From assembly GCA_002421785.1 (NCBI GenBank), contig DIRZ01000002.1:360001-392000 (forward strand): DNA of 32,000 nt, read 5' to 3'. The translations under genes were made by a program, and so were the position numbers. Under the pieces are notes generated by a model. It saw only the letters and a program-made list of their open reading frames with translations, was not told where the DNA came from and made no database searches. Of the stretch, positions 31,588 to 32,000 are shown one piece after another. How positions within the stretch are numbered: position 1 is the stretch's first letter; every line of letters starts with the position of its first letter. This DNA comes from Candidatus Saccharimonadota bacterium. Lineage in GTDB: Bacteria; Patescibacteriota; Saccharimonadia; Saccharimonadales; Saccharimonadaceae.

Positions 31588-32000
31588 ATGAAACGAACTG
31601 TGCTAATCCTAGTTACACTCGCCGTCCTAACACTCGGCACGGTAAGTTATGCCAGTTTAGACAAACGACAAGCCACAGTACCGTCTACGCAAGCCACAGC
31701 GCAGGTATTGAGCAAATACGAAGTTGGCCCGCCAGATGCACAAGAGTTGCTAGAGTTGGTGAACGCAGAACGTGCGAGGGTCGGGGTTGCACCGTTAGTG
31801 ATAGATGAGGGGTTGAATGCGTCTGCTCAGATAAAAGCCGACGATATGGACAACAATAACTACTTCGGGCATGTTGACGCGAATGGTAAGCACGGCTATG
31901 AGTATGCTTGTGAGTACAGTGCGAGCTGTAAAGTGCCCAGCGAGAATATACGCTGGACACCACTAGCAGCCTCTACATCACGAGTGGTATACGATGACTG
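31588..32000 (+). CDS. secreted CAP/SCP (YkwD-like) domain protein, 3' end outside window
   Basis: Hand-translated and open to the window edge. Signal/TM segment MKRTVLILVTLAVLTLGTVSYA, then LELVNAERARVGVAPLVIDEGLNASAQIKADDMDNNNYFGH. TGgTATAAG at 31572-31580 lies 7 nt before the ATG. Confidence 0.7.
   Translation, partial: MKRTVLILVTLAVLTLGTVSYASLDKRQATVPSTQATAQVLSKYEVGPPDAQELLELVNAERARVGVAPLVIDEGLNASAQIKADDMDNNNYFGHVDANGKHGYEYACEYSASCKVPSENIRWTPLAASTSRVVYDD

Noticed and set aside
1-32000. Alternative genetic code (UGA recoding, as in some candidate phyla)
   Set aside because: TGA is used as a genuine stop at coupled junctions (pilM/pilN ATGA 2703-2706, 12021-12024, 18542-18545, 24131-24134). 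Conserved proteins end at TGA with normal lengths. The standard code fits.
1-32000. CRISPR arrays, IS elements, rRNA genes and prophage modules
   Set aside because: I found no regularly spaced repeats, no transposase-like ORFs or terminal inverted repeats, and no rRNA-like conserved stretches. The only exact short repeat is the 9-mer pair at 29150-29170.

Overview
Gene-dense 32 kb chromosomal segment, standard genetic code, with both Shine-Dalgarno-led and apparently leaderless genes. The left 13 kb is a complete type IV pilus (T4P) locus with no secretin gene: pilM-pilN-pilO-like, a small TM protein, pilB, pilT, pilC, the major pilin, the prepilin peptidase and four prepilin-like minor pilins. 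A large 5'-truncated secreted protein precedes it. The rest is housekeeping: Xer recombinase, uppP, ndk, a PH-domain membrane protein, a PpiD/SurA-like chaperone, Fe/Mn SOD, a processive GT2 glycosyltransferase with a small membrane partner, an NrdR-like repressor, thrS behind a T-box-like leader, a HAD hydrolase, an alkyltransferase-like (ATL) protein, miaA, a wHTH protein, an MBL-fold protein lacking its metal ligands, rpmB, an M50 protease, the infC-rpmI-rplT operon, comM/yifB and a CAP/SCP-domain protein. RNA genes read directly from the sequence are five tRNAs (Arg-CCT, Asp-GTC, Thr-CGT, Val-GAC, Pro-GGG), type A RNase P RNA and tmRNA. No rRNA, CRISPR array, IS element or prophage is visible. 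A secretin-less retractile T4P together with comM and compact housekeeping content fits a reduced-genome monoderm bacterium such as Saccharibacteria/Patescibacteria; this is inference only. The most notable non-standard signals are: a recurring extended -10 (TGnTATAAT) placed 6-7 nt before ATG, implying leaderless mRNAs; a promoter- and terminator-bounded 37-aa orphan ORF; a promoter-driven ~143-nt structured RNA fused upstream of tRNA-Pro; a thrS T-box-like leader whose UGGA bulge matches the U73 of the tRNA-Thr in this window; an ORF starting 4 nt after a tRNA; and a 149-nt convergent gene overlap.
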